A stretch of 64,000 nt of DNA, taken from positions 77,556 to 141,555 of the forward strand of contig JAXMBK010000012.1 of the NCBI GenBank assembly GCA_046349935.1, given 5' to 3'. Source of the stretch: Pirellulales bacterium. GTDB lineage: Bacteria; Planctomycetota; Planctomycetia; Pirellulales; Pirellulaceae. The first letter of the stretch is position 1; each line of letters starts with the position of its first letter. Shown here in pieces: positions 21,601-29,983 of this stretch. The notes beneath the pieces are model-generated. The model made no database searches. It was not told the origin of the DNA and saw only the letters and a list, made by a program, of their open reading frames with translations. A program made the translations under genes and the position numbers.

Positions 21601-22956
21601 CGCGAGGGGGATCAGTCGGCGCAGTTCATCGACGGCGGCCAACTTCGCAAGCTCATGCACCGGCCCGACGTCGTCAACCTGACGCTCACCCTGGGCGACG
21701 AACAACTCGCGCTAAGGCAGGCCGATGCGCTGCGTAACCCAGACGCTCCGCCTCCACCCACGCCCGCTCCCGGCCACGGTAACGTCCCCGTGCCGCTGGC
21801 CTCTACCATCCCGAGCCCTCCCCGCGTGCGTTTGCTGCAACCGCTGGAAGGGTCGGCGACGGTGACCGCCGAAGAGACGGTGGAGGTGCGAGCGGTCGTG
21901 ACGGCGCCTGCCGGTCGGCGACCGGAGATCGTGTTTCGCGTGAACGAGTCGGTCGCCGCCTCGCGCAGCCTGGTCGTCGAGGGGATCGCCCCAGCGCTGC
22001 CGCCGCCGCCGGCTGGCTTCGAGCACTATTTCGCCGGTCAAACGATTTCGCTGCGCTTGGGCTCCAACGTCATCCAAGTGCTGGCGCGCCTGCCCGAAGT
22101 CCAGACTGCCGAGGGCACAAGTTTCGTCATCGTGGAGCGGCGTCCTACCACGGCAAACGGCACATCGACGAAACCCACGCTCCACTGGTGTTCGATCGGC
22201 GTCAACGATTACCAGGGAACGGGTTTGGCCAGCCTGCGATTCGCGCACAACGACGTCGATAAGGTGGCCGAGGCGCTGCTGAAGCGCAAGCAGAAGCCGC
22301 GTTTCCCCTATCAGGACGTGAAGGTGCATCGGCTGGTGGACCAGCAAGCAAGCAAGACGGGGATCGGCGAACTGTTCGACGCCCTCACGAACCCGAATTC
22401 GCCGGATCGCGTTCGTACGGGTGATACGGTGAGCATTCATATCAGCGCGCACGGCGGTAAAGTGGCGGGCACGGACGGCTACATGCTGGTTCCGCATGGC
22501 GGCGACCCTCGCAAGCCGCGCGCAACCTGCGTCTTGTGGAGCGAGTTTGTGGAGTTGGCTCATGCGTTGGGCCAAAAGAATGTCCGCCTACTGTTGTTCG
22601 TGGATACCTGTCGAGCCGGCGGACTGGGCGACATCGAGAGTGGAGCGGCACGGGTCTTCACGAGCGAATTGAGCGGACTGGTCTTCACGGCCAGCGGGGC
22701 CAAGCAGAATGCGTTGGAATCGCCGACTTGGGAGCATGGTGCATTTTCCTTGGCGTTACGCGAGGCGATTGAAGGGCAGCGGCTGTCCGACGTCGAATGG
22801 GCCAGCGGCTTACAGCCCGACCAGGATCGAAACGGCGTCGTCGAAGTACGCGAGCTCGAAGCGTTCCTCCACCGGCGAGTCAAATCGCTCACCATGGACC
22901 AACAAGCCCCCGATTACGCTTGTCCCCGCATGGGGCTCGATCCGGTGTTGTTCTAG
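18622..22956 (+). CDS. large secreted multidomain protein: WD40 repeats, PDZ-like domain, C-terminal caspase-like (C14) domain
   Basis: Signal peptide at the internal Met (MHRVAFPVRIMTVALLLLGG). WD40-like repeats (VWD, HVWS, LWDW). PDZ-like block (IGDRLVSIGGLTPIEW). C-terminal caspase dyad contexts ISAHGG and LLFVDTCRAGG. Confidence 0.75.
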   Translation: MQPATMFRRGPVVCLSIERNLPMHRVAFPVRIMTVALLLLGGVLGWNGTAQAEGPSTLDVQQAIGRFLADKRDFGDNTKWAALRRRVRLEPAMASVIDGRIHVAAPMLWKLPTDESSQAVRELELLLAAALEKAAGSDRRFRGRPAFDWVRESTITTAPPVAIRRLTEVSEVEVISVINDYVESLDRENRWEAEGLGPLQRSLQLRGPNLGVSEARFWGDKLSLGWSALVRDESVWPSVTPAVRAAAARAARERANDRDWATLNNFNDQVRTTANRLRERYAPLLQPLVIRALTTHVAAPASAPLLEAASPASLQVDLFLDIPAELRRVERAGAVAAAMPPGAGNRRIVNAAGNDSAGYTFRFVKAEKLRRLSAEQQPELTHVRLEEAADSASVKRREFQLDLQGFSGGTLSALEFSPDGRRLAAAGDVLRIWDLEKGVLERTLRAGQITERATGFRDIAYSPDGRLLCAAMTGTKHRIWVYETGDLSRVKFALDGHDEEVEHLAFSNDGRHLATADIQGRVFLWDWPKRRKIWGFKFEHAISHLSVSEFEVLAIDRTLDFSRIPLDLDAPGGWFGDEDPLITLINNSTYPGANAKLFPRSVAVSKDSQTCLIGGRSGRDGQNDNYHWCAAFTMEQSRRGEPHSSQAAVDHRYTLLCCALSTDGRLCASGDALGLVQVWDRKSSLIKHRFEPFGKGNLSVDFGESLADWRLGRDRYIGEQWKYNHWAPLHLQFDFGKRILSSVSATEPRDARIRDHQRLSYDYDANLLKIYENDQLQTSVDFSSHGANWKLFGYGFYPVQGLEAGYGVIVCSEGGGVLCLDPKTLRPKRIFIGHNSRVWSAAVSRDAMNGKRLITTGSDGVIHVWSLEQFQPTYNLAALVDEDRKITYIYPGTSTAERLAIGDRLVSIGGLTPIEWLDSDKAKLAPDDPVTVVIERNEQNYRVPVVLSEMGDLTRPLVSAVLSEDGSEWVIWTRSGYFDCSPQAGRLLGWLESREGDQSAQFIDGGQLRKLMHRPDVVNLTLTLGDEQLALRQADALRNPDAPPPPTPAPGHGNVPVPLASTIPSPPRVRLLQPLEGSATVTAEETVEVRAVVTAPAGRRPEIVFRVNESVAASRSLVVEGIAPALPPPPAGFEHYFAGQTISLRLGSNVIQVLARLPEVQTAEGTSFVIVERRPTTANGTSTKPTLHWCSIGVNDYQGTGLASLRFAHNDVDKVAEALLKRKQKPRFPYQDVKVHRLVDQQASKTGIGELFDALTNPNSPDRVRTGDTVSIHISAHGGKVAGTDGYMLVPHGGDPRKPRATCVLWSEFVELAHALGQKNVRLLLFVDTCRAGGLGDIESGAARVFTSELSGLVFTASGAKQNALESPTWEHGAFSLALREAIEGQRLSDVEWASGLQPDQDRNGVVEVRELEAFLHRRVKSLTMDQQAPDYACPRMGLDPVLF

Positions 22957-23252
22957 GCGTTGAACCGCGGAGCGGTCCACAACGAACCGCAGGACAGGCT
23001 TTCAGCCTGTCTCTGGTCGCCGGAGCGTCGTTCCCTCACGGAATCGTAGATGCCCCAAGCGCCTCGCGGGCGGGCCATCCAAGAACGACCGCATGACGGC
23101 TCTCACAAGAAAAACCGCGTCGAGCGTTCGATCAGGGCATCTCCCCAACCTACCAGCACCACGCGGCTCAACGATCGTTTGCCCGCACGGCCGTTCTCTG
23201 CCGCGAGGGACCGGAAAGCAGTCGGTTCCGTCCTGGGGATTCTCTGCTCCCC

Positions 23253-23391
23253 GGATGGAGCTGCGGCAACACGGAAGCCCAGGTTGTTGTTCCGGTTCGT
23301 CGGGTCGTTCCTGTTGCGGTTCGACGACCGGCAGTTCCTGGGACTGTTGTTCCAGCTCCCGCCCCGGATGACCCGGTTCGAGCCTTGTGAC
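23253..23391 (-). repeat. DGR template repeat (TR)
   Basis: ~139 bp, 16 nt downstream of the RT stop. In the target frame it encodes SQGSNRVIRGGSWNNSPRNCRSSNRNRNDPTNRNNNLGFRVAAAPS with 11 AAC (Asn) codons. The two VRs differ from it almost only at its adenines. Confidence 0.85.
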
Positions 23392-23406
23392 TGCTCACCA
23401 GCCTAT

Positions 23407-24396
23407 CTATAGCGTGCGACGACGAAAGCGCCAACTCGCGACGCCGGCTGCTTGCGTGAATGCGACAAGCGCCGTCGCACGCTGCTGTAGTTCAAGGCCG
23501 CTGATTTCACCGCGTTCGTGCTGCCGTTCGAGGCTGGTAATCTTGCGTTGGTAGCGTACGCGGCTGCGACGATTCAGCGTCGCTCCCCACGCGTACACGC
23601 GGCAACCCAGGAAGTCGACGCCCAGATGGCTTCGATTCACGAATGCGTTCGGCTTAAGTTCCAATCCCAGTTCGCCCAGGAAATCTTCGTGCGCCGACTC
23701 CTTAAGTTCTCGGAGCTGATCGCGCGAATCCGACCATAGCAGCATATCGTCCATGTAGCGCACGTAGCCTGGGACGCGCCAGCGCTCCTTGACCCAGCGA
23801 TCGAACCAGCCAAGGTAGAAGTTCGCAAAGTGCTGCGAGGTCAGGCTGCCAATCGGCAATCCTCGTCCTAACTTCCCGCGAAAGCCGGCAATCACCCTTG
23901 CAAACAGCGACAGAAGACGAGCATCTTTGAACAGTCGCGTTAAGCGTGCGTTCAACGGTTGATGCGGGATGGAGTCGAAATAGCGACGAATATCGAGCTT
24001 CAGATACCAGCCGTAACGACGAGAGAATTGCTGCGCACGCAACACGGCGGCAACCCGACCGCGTTCGCGTCGGCAAGCAAAAGTATCGTCGATCAGCCAA
24101 CGATCGAAATAGGGTTCGCAGACATTCATGATCGCATGATGAAGCACCCGTTCCCGAAAGCAAGGCGCGGTGATGATGCGCTCTTTCGGATCGTGAATCA
24201 CGAACTGGCGAAACTCACCGATCGCCAGCCGATCCGTCAAGAGGTCCGTTTGCAGCGCATCGAGATTCCGCTCCAAACAGGCTTGGAACGCACGCGCCTC
24301 GGCACGGTCGCGTTTTCCCCGTAACGCCCTGGCGACCGCCAGTCGCAGGTTATCGCGGTCGGCGATGCTGTCAAACAGATTCGCCACCCGTTTCAT
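23407..24396 (-). CDS. DGR-type reverse transcriptase
   Basis: RT motifs ITAPCFRERVLHHAI, YLKLDIRRYFDSI, LPIGSLTSQHFANFYL (the [LIV]GxxxSQ hallmark of DGR RTs) and YMDD. Start taken at the internal ATG 24396; the long ORF begins at 24480. Confidence 0.85.
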   Translation of the reverse strand: MKRVANLFDSIADRDNLRLAVARALRGKRDRAEARAFQACLERNLDALQTDLLTDRLAIGEFRQFVIHDPKERIITAPCFRERVLHHAIMNVCEPYFDRWLIDDTFACRRERGRVAAVLRAQQFSRRYGWYLKLDIRRYFDSIPHQPLNARLTRLFKDARLLSLFARVIAGFRGKLGRGLPIGSLTSQHFANFYLGWFDRWVKERWRVPGYVRYMDDMLLWSDSRDQLRELKESAHEDFLGELGLELKPNAFVNRSHLGVDFLGCRVYAWGATLNRRSRVRYQRKITSLERQHERGEISGLELQQRATALVAFTQAAGVASWRFRRRTL

Positions 24397-24922
24397 GCAC
24401 GTTCGCCTCCAGCAACTGATCCAGCAACTCCAGGAAGCGCGGCCCATACTTTTCGCTGCGTGCGTCTCCGACTCCAGCAATCGCTGTGAGGGCGGACTTC
24501 GTTCGCACGCGATTCTGCACCATCTGGGCCAATTGCTCGTTGGTGAAGACCGTGTAGATGGGAACCGCCTCCGCCTGCGAAATCTCGCGGCGTAGATCCC
24601 TTAAGCGAGCGAACACCGCGAAGTCCGCCTCGTTCAGGATCTGTTTGTAGTCCTTGCCCTTGCTCTTCCCACTCGAGACGGCGGAGGAACCGTCTCCTGC
24701 CCGGCTCAGTTCCACGTAATCAATGCAGAACGACCAGAACGAGTCGGAACCTTGCTCCACAAAGCGCCGATAAACCGCCAACACGCGATGGCTGCGCAGA
24801 AACCCATTGAGCGCGACTTCGGCCGCCTCCAAATCGCGCACCGGCACCACGAAGAACTTAAACGGCATCCGAACTCCTCGATGATGGGCCGCTCCGCCTT
24901 CCACTGCGGCGTGCCGAGGCAC
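24371..24922 (-). CDS. DGR accessory protein with HRDC-like domain
   Basis: C-terminal block VFTNEQLAQMVQNRVRTKSALTAIAGVGDARSEKYGPRFLELL resembles an HRDC domain. Lies between the target gene and the RT and overlaps the RT start. Confidence 0.6.
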   Translation of the reverse strand: MPRHAAVEGGAAHHRGVRMPFKFFVVPVRDLEAAEVALNGFLRSHRVLAVYRRFVEQGSDSFWSFCIDYVELSRAGDGSSAVSSGKSKGKDYKQILNEADFAVFARLRDLRREISQAEAVPIYTVFTNEQLAQMVQNRVRTKSALTAIAGVGDARSEKYGPRFLELLDQLLEANVHETGGESV

Positions 24923-24991
24923 GGGCTCCGCCCTCTCCGGCCCCGAACGCCTCCGCTCCAGGCTCCGCTCACTCTCTGACCGGCTCCGCCG

Positions 24992-27529
24992 TTACTCACT
25001 GGACGGAACTGCGGCAACACGGAAGCCCAGGCTGCTGCTCCGGCCCGCCGGGTCGACCCCGCTGCGGCTCGACGACCGGCAGCTCCCGGGACTGCTGCCC
25101 CAGCTCCCGCCCCGGAGGACCCGGCCCGAGCCTCGAGAAGGACCGGTCGGGTCCGCCGCTGGCGACTTGCGATAATAGTCACTGTCGTACCAATCACTGC
25201 ACCACTCTAACACGTTCCCTTGCATATCGTACAAACCCCAACCGCTCGGTTTAAACTCGCCCACGGGACTCGTGAACGACCACCGATCATCAAACGAAAA
25301 GCTGGGATATTTGTTGTAATCGAGGCTCGGGTACTTTCGCTCGAAAGAGGCATCTTGAAAGTTGCCGAAACCTTCCAGGCTACGCGGGCGATCGCCGGTG
25401 GGAAAACGCGTCGTGATTCCCGCACGGCAAGCGTATTCCCATTCGGCTTCTCGGGGCAGACGATAGCCGATTCCCGAGACTTCCGAGACCGTGTCGCCGT
25501 CAATCCGGTAACACTCGGTTTTCCCTTCTTGCCGACTCAGCCAATTGCAGTAGCGCACCGCGTCGTTCCAACTCACGTTGACCACCGGATGATCCTCCGA
25601 CTGCGGCCAACCCGTGTTCCGCCAATTGAATTTCCGATCTTGCTTCGAGAATTTTGTCTCTGTGTCGTAACCCCACCCACCCTGCTGGTCCCGTTCGGCA
25701 TCTGTTTCGTACCCAGTCCCCTCCACGAACGACGCGAACTGCCCCTTCGTCACCTCGTAAACGCCCAGCCACAACGGACGCGAGATCTGCACCCGGTGCG
25801 CCGGCGATTCATCCGAGATATCAATTCCAGCCAGCGCGATCCCAGCAGCTTCCAGGTTTGCCGCCGTCTCGTCGCTCCCCATGACAAATTCCCCTGCCGG
25901 AATGTACGCCAACTTCATCCCCTTGGGACTTGTCACGACGTCGCCCGCTTTCGGTTTTGGACGAGGCAGGTGTAGCTGCCACGACGACGAGGTCGGAAAA
26001 CCATCCAGCGACCAGATCTTCTCGCGTGATCCTTGCGAGACGCGTGCGTAGTACCGTCCCGACGACGTCGGCAGCACCGCGCTCGCGAGCTCCAGGCTCG
26101 CTTGCCCACCGGCGCTCGTCGTGGTCCCCCCCAGCGTCTTCCACTCCGTGCTTCCCGTTTCCTGCCACTGCAGCTCCACTCGTACTCCCGACGCCAACGG
26201 CGAGTCCTCCGCGGAACCGTCGCGAACGAGGAACGTCGCCCGAACCATTCGCGGTGGGAGCCGGCCGCGGCGGTCGAGTTCACCGCGCAAGTAGGGCACA
26301 AACACATCGCCGGGGACCTTGCCGCTCACGAAACCTTGCGTCGCGGTCAACAGCACGCGATCGGGTTCCTGCCGCAAGTCGAGCTTGGCCAGCGTTTCCG
26401 CCAACTGCGACCGCAGTTCTCCGCTAAAGGCGGTCGTGGTGGGATGTTTGCGTACGGTGGCGGCCAGCGTCGCTAGGTCCCCCGCCTTCCTCGCCAGCGG
26501 CAGTTCGCGAGAACTCATGGCGCCCGCCGAAAACGGCGTCTGAGCCGGCAGTTTTGCTTCCGCCGACCAGCTTGCGAGATACTTCGAGACAAAGTCTTCG
26601 ACGGCCCTCAACCGCACGAAGTTCTGCCCATCCGCCTCGGCCCCGCCCCGCAGCGCTTCCAGCAGCGCGTAGGTGAACACCCCGTGCCCTACGTTGCCCA
26701 GAGCCGGGTTTTCGTAGCTCAACTGCTTCGGACTGCAGGACGCCAGCTTGTACTGACCGGTTGCCGATACAAATGCCTGCTTGAACGCCGCGTCCATCCC
26801 CTGCTCCGCGGTCGGCGGCCCGACCGACTTCGCGGCGATTCGCTCTTGGCAAGCGTCCACGAACAGCAAGCGATGTCCCGCCTGTGACTGTTCCATGTCC
26901 TCTTCGACCGTATCCAGCGCCACCGCCGTCAGCTTCAAGCGGGTTTTCAATCCGTCGCTCGGCATCACGTACGGTCGGCCCTCGGCCATGAACCCGTGTG
27001 AACTCACCGAACAAACCAACAAATCCGCAGCCTTCGTACCGATGCCGCGCACGGTTTCCAATTGCGAGAGGATCTCGTTGCGATCCGCCGTGCTGACGAC
27101 GGCCTTGGCCGCCTTCAGTTGTTCCAAGTGTCGCTGGACCGATGGCGCCGTCGGCTCGCCCGACAGCAACAAGATGCAGTTCTCGGCCGGAATGAGCTTG
27201 AGTTCGAACACGAAGAGATACGCTTGCTCGACCGCGTCGTGAACGGCGAACTGCAGCCGGTTCAGTTTCTTGTCCTTCGTGAATTCGTTGACGCCGATAA
27301 ACAGCCCCGCGTTGCCCGACGGCGCGGCCCCTGCGACAGGCTCAAATACGGTCCCTTCGACCACCAGACTGCGGCTTGGCCTCGCCGACGGGCCCTCTTG
27401 CCCGCTGGAGAGCGCGATGCACGTGAAGACCAACGCTGCCGTAGCCAAGACGCGATGGGAAGCACGCAGGACATCAGTGGTGGCGCCGATCATGATCGAT
27501 CTGTTCCCTGGAGCAGTGCGGGTTGCCAA
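24992..27529 (-). CDS. secreted caspase-like (C14) protein with C-terminal FGE-sulfatase/C-type-lectin-fold domain; adjacent DGR target
   Basis: Signal peptide. Paralog of 8305..10356 (VSSHGF and LLFVDACQ dyad contexts). Extra central Ig/beta-rich region. C-terminal FGE motifs (HRVQISRP, WGLYDMQGNVLEWCSDWY, RGGSWGS). The 3' end carries VR2. Confidence 0.85.
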   Translation of the reverse strand: MATRTAPGNRSIMIGATTDVLRASHRVLATAALVFTCIALSSGQEGPSARPSRSLVVEGTVFEPVAGAAPSGNAGLFIGVNEFTKDKKLNRLQFAVHDAVEQAYLFVFELKLIPAENCILLLSGEPTAPSVQRHLEQLKAAKAVVSTADRNEILSQLETVRGIGTKAADLLVCSVSSHGFMAEGRPYVMPSDGLKTRLKLTAVALDTVEEDMEQSQAGHRLLFVDACQERIAAKSVGPPTAEQGMDAAFKQAFVSATGQYKLASCSPKQLSYENPALGNVGHGVFTYALLEALRGGAEADGQNFVRLRAVEDFVSKYLASWSAEAKLPAQTPFSAGAMSSRELPLARKAGDLATLAATVRKHPTTTAFSGELRSQLAETLAKLDLRQEPDRVLLTATQGFVSGKVPGDVFVPYLRGELDRRGRLPPRMVRATFLVRDGSAEDSPLASGVRVELQWQETGSTEWKTLGGTTTSAGGQASLELASAVLPTSSGRYYARVSQGSREKIWSLDGFPTSSSWQLHLPRPKPKAGDVVTSPKGMKLAYIPAGEFVMGSDETAANLEAAGIALAGIDISDESPAHRVQISRPLWLGVYEVTKGQFASFVEGTGYETDAERDQQGGWGYDTETKFSKQDRKFNWRNTGWPQSEDHPVVNVSWNDAVRYCNWLSRQEGKTECYRIDGDTVSEVSGIGYRLPREAEWEYACRAGITTRFPTGDRPRSLEGFGNFQDASFERKYPSLDYNKYPSFSFDDRWSFTSPVGEFKPSGWGLYDMQGNVLEWCSDWYDSDYYRKSPAADPTGPSRGSGRVLRGGSWGSSPGSCRSSSRSGVDPAGRSSSLGFRVAAVPSSE
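25001..25138 (-). repeat. DGR variable repeat VR2
   Basis: ~19 of ~104 aligned core positions differ from TR. Every one of them is a TR adenine on the coding strand. Confidence 0.85.
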
Positions 27530-27557
27530 TGGATCGCCGCGTTTACGCGTTAACGCG

Positions 27558-28766
27558 TCAGTTTTTCGGCGATTCCTGGATGTGACGTTCGATTTGATCG
27601 CGGAGCGTGGGATCGTCGACCAGCGGCAAGGCCTGCCGCCAGTAGCGACGCGCGTCGTCCGGTCGTTGCAACGCTTCGCTGGCGAGCGCCGCGTTGATCG
27701 CCGCCGTTGCGGATTGCGGACGTTCCCGCATGACGGCCTGAAAGGCGTCGAGGGCCGCCGTGTAGTCCTGCCGTTCGTAGCGTGCCAACCCTAAGCCCAA
27801 CTGAGCGTCGACGCTGTCCGGCTGACGGTCGAGCGCCTCGCTGAACTGGGATTCGGCCGCCGCGATCGCGCCTGCCTTCAACAGGAACTGTCCGAAATTC
27901 ACCCTTAACAAGAGACTATCGGGATACTTCTGCAGCGCCTGCTCCCATTGCTTCTGTTGTTGCTCAAAGGCCGCGTCGAACGTCGGAAAACCCTTTTGGA
28001 AAGCTTGGCCGTTCAGGTCGTAGCCATAGTCGAGCAAGCCGCCTGATCGAGCCAGCGAAACGATGGCCGGATCGGCGCGCCGCGCTTGCAGGTCTGCGTT
28101 GACTACTTGGTCGGTCGCGACGCCGAGCCGGTCGACGCGTGCTGCGATCTGGCTCACTTGCGTGAAATCGCCTTTCTCCAACCGCTCCACCGCCGCCTTC
28201 TCAGCCGCCTCTCGGGCGACTGAAAGGGCATCGGTACGCAGTGGCTCCGCGACATCGCGACTTATCAGTCCCTCGACGCGCTCCAGCGCCGCCAAGTGGT
28301 CGCCACGTGCGAATTCGCCCTTGGCTAGCGCCAACTGCCCCTCGGCCGAATTGGAACGACCTCCGAAGTAGAGCACCGCCGCCACGAGAGTGGCCGCGAC
28401 CGCCAGCGACGCGATCGCCAGGAATGGTCGTCGCGATCCTCCGAGCGGGCCTTCGAACGCACCGCCACCCGCGCCGGGAGGCGAGCTTGATTGTGCCGAT
28501 GCCGCCATGGAGTCGGCAGTGGATTCCTCAATCAAAGGGAGAACGAGCGTGCCACTCTTCACCATTTGGGCGACGAGCGTCGCACAGCGAGTGCACGCGG
28601 CCAAATGGTCGGTGATCTGGCGGGTTTCGGCCGAATCGAGATAGCCTGCCGACCAACGTTCCAACAACGCATCGTCGTCCGCGACATGCGGTCCCGGCGC
28701 AATGCGGTCGGCCGCTGCAGCACCCAGAAATTGGCGAAAGGCTTCGTGCGAATGCGAAGAGGTCAT
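27558..28766 (-). CDS. anti-sigma factor (zinc-finger HxxxCxxC, single TM, periplasmic TPR repeats)
   Basis: DHLAACTRC zinc-binding motif. TM segment FLAIASLAVAATLVAAVLYF. C-terminal TPR-like repeats. ATGA overlap with the upstream sigma gene. Confidence 0.7.
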   Translation of the reverse strand: MTSSHSHEAFRQFLGAAAADRIAPGPHVADDDALLERWSAGYLDSAETRQITDHLAACTRCATLVAQMVKSGTLVLPLIEESTADSMAASAQSSSPPGAGGGAFEGPLGGSRRPFLAIASLAVAATLVAAVLYFGGRSNSAEGQLALAKGEFARGDHLAALERVEGLISRDVAEPLRTDALSVAREAAEKAAVERLEKGDFTQVSQIAARVDRLGVATDQVVNADLQARRADPAIVSLARSGGLLDYGYDLNGQAFQKGFPTFDAAFEQQQKQWEQALQKYPDSLLLRVNFGQFLLKAGAIAAAESQFSEALDRQPDSVDAQLGLGLARYERQDYTAALDAFQAVMRERPQSATAAINAALASEALQRPDDARRYWRQALPLVDDPTLRDQIERHIQESPKN

Positions 28767-29983
28767 GGTCGTCCTCCTGGCGAACGCTTGCCGGCCGACC
28801 GCGCCCCTCGCTCCTCCCCGGCACCGGCGGCATGCCGCGGTGCATGCTCCTTGGCCAGCAAGAGCGTCGTGAGGTCCAGGTCGTCGCCCAACCGCAGTAA
28901 GTGCTTCAGACAGCCGCTCAGCGAGTTGCCTTCGTGCTTGATGCGCGCGAGTAAGAGGTCGCGCAGCTCCGACAGCCCCCGATCGCGTCGTCGCGTGGCC
29001 GTGCCGGGGGCTACCCCCATAATCCTGGCTGCCTCTTGGTTCTCCAAATCGTCGACGAAGTGATGGAGCAGGGCCTGACGCGGCTCGGGCTCCAACAAAT
29101 CGAGCGAATCGCGCAAGGCGAGACGCACTTTGTCGCGACAGTCTCGCTCTGTCGCGGAAAGGTCGGCGGCGACTGCTTTGGCATCCGCAACGCCCGGAAA
29201 TCCCTCAACGGCCGTCGCCTCGCGGCGCTCGCGTTCGGCGTAATGCATGATTTCGCGAACGAACATCCGACCCAACCACGATTTAAGGCCTGAATGCCCT
29301 TGGTAGTTCGCCAGCTTGCCCCCATGCTTTTCGCGCACCACCAGGGTTGCCTTGAGGTCGTCCCACCAATCCAGTTTCTGGGCGTAGCGAGGCGACGTCC
29401 TGCGGGCGACCGCGACGGCAAAGTCTTCAAAGCACTCCAAGAAGATCCGAGTGGCCCGAGGGTCGCCGCGGAGGACGCCGTCTGCCCAGACCAGATCGTG
29501 GATGACATCGCCGCCCAACGTGCCGCTGCCGAGCCCCCTTCCGTTTCGTATTCGCTGCGCCACCCACATGCCGTCGACCTTTCCGCCATCCGTGACCTTG
29601 CATTCCGCCATCCAATGGTACTTCCAACACTCCCAGAGCTTGCGAGCCAGTTCGTAGTAAGCCTCGCCCATCTCGGCGATAACCGGCTGGTTGAGCAGTT
29701 CCTCACCGCGTTCGGCGATCCACTGTTCTAACCGTTTTGCCAGAACGCCCTTAGCCGATTTCCAAAGGGAGGCGGGCGACGTTGTTTTCGCCTGTGAATC
29801 CGAGAAAGGCTGAGTCAGCAGCCATTCGCGGTCCGGTTCAAACAACGTTTCCCAACCGCTCTGAAGCGGCCGATCGTTATTGGAGAGAGGCATGTCGGGC
29901 ATCGGAATTGCGCGAGGAAACGATCCGAGCGTCCAGATCCAGCCCGCCATTGTAGGGTGGACTCTCAGGGGTACAAGAGACAC
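28763..29983 (-). CDS. sigma-70 family (ECF-like, N- and C-terminally extended) RNA polymerase sigma factor
   Basis: Region-4 HTH (ENQEAARIMGVAPGTATRRRDRGLSELR) and a region-2-like segment. Translationally coupled to the anti-sigma gene. Confidence 0.6.
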   Translation of the reverse strand: MSLVPLRVHPTMAGWIWTLGSFPRAIPMPDMPLSNNDRPLQSGWETLFEPDREWLLTQPFSDSQAKTTSPASLWKSAKGVLAKRLEQWIAERGEELLNQPVIAEMGEAYYELARKLWECWKYHWMAECKVTDGGKVDGMWVAQRIRNGRGLGSGTLGGDVIHDLVWADGVLRGDPRATRIFLECFEDFAVAVARRTSPRYAQKLDWWDDLKATLVVREKHGGKLANYQGHSGLKSWLGRMFVREIMHYAERERREATAVEGFPGVADAKAVAADLSATERDCRDKVRLALRDSLDLLEPEPRQALLHHFVDDLENQEAARIMGVAPGTATRRRDRGLSELRDLLLARIKHEGNSLSGCLKHLLRLGDDLDLTTLLLAKEHAPRHAAGAGEERGARSAGKRSPGGRP

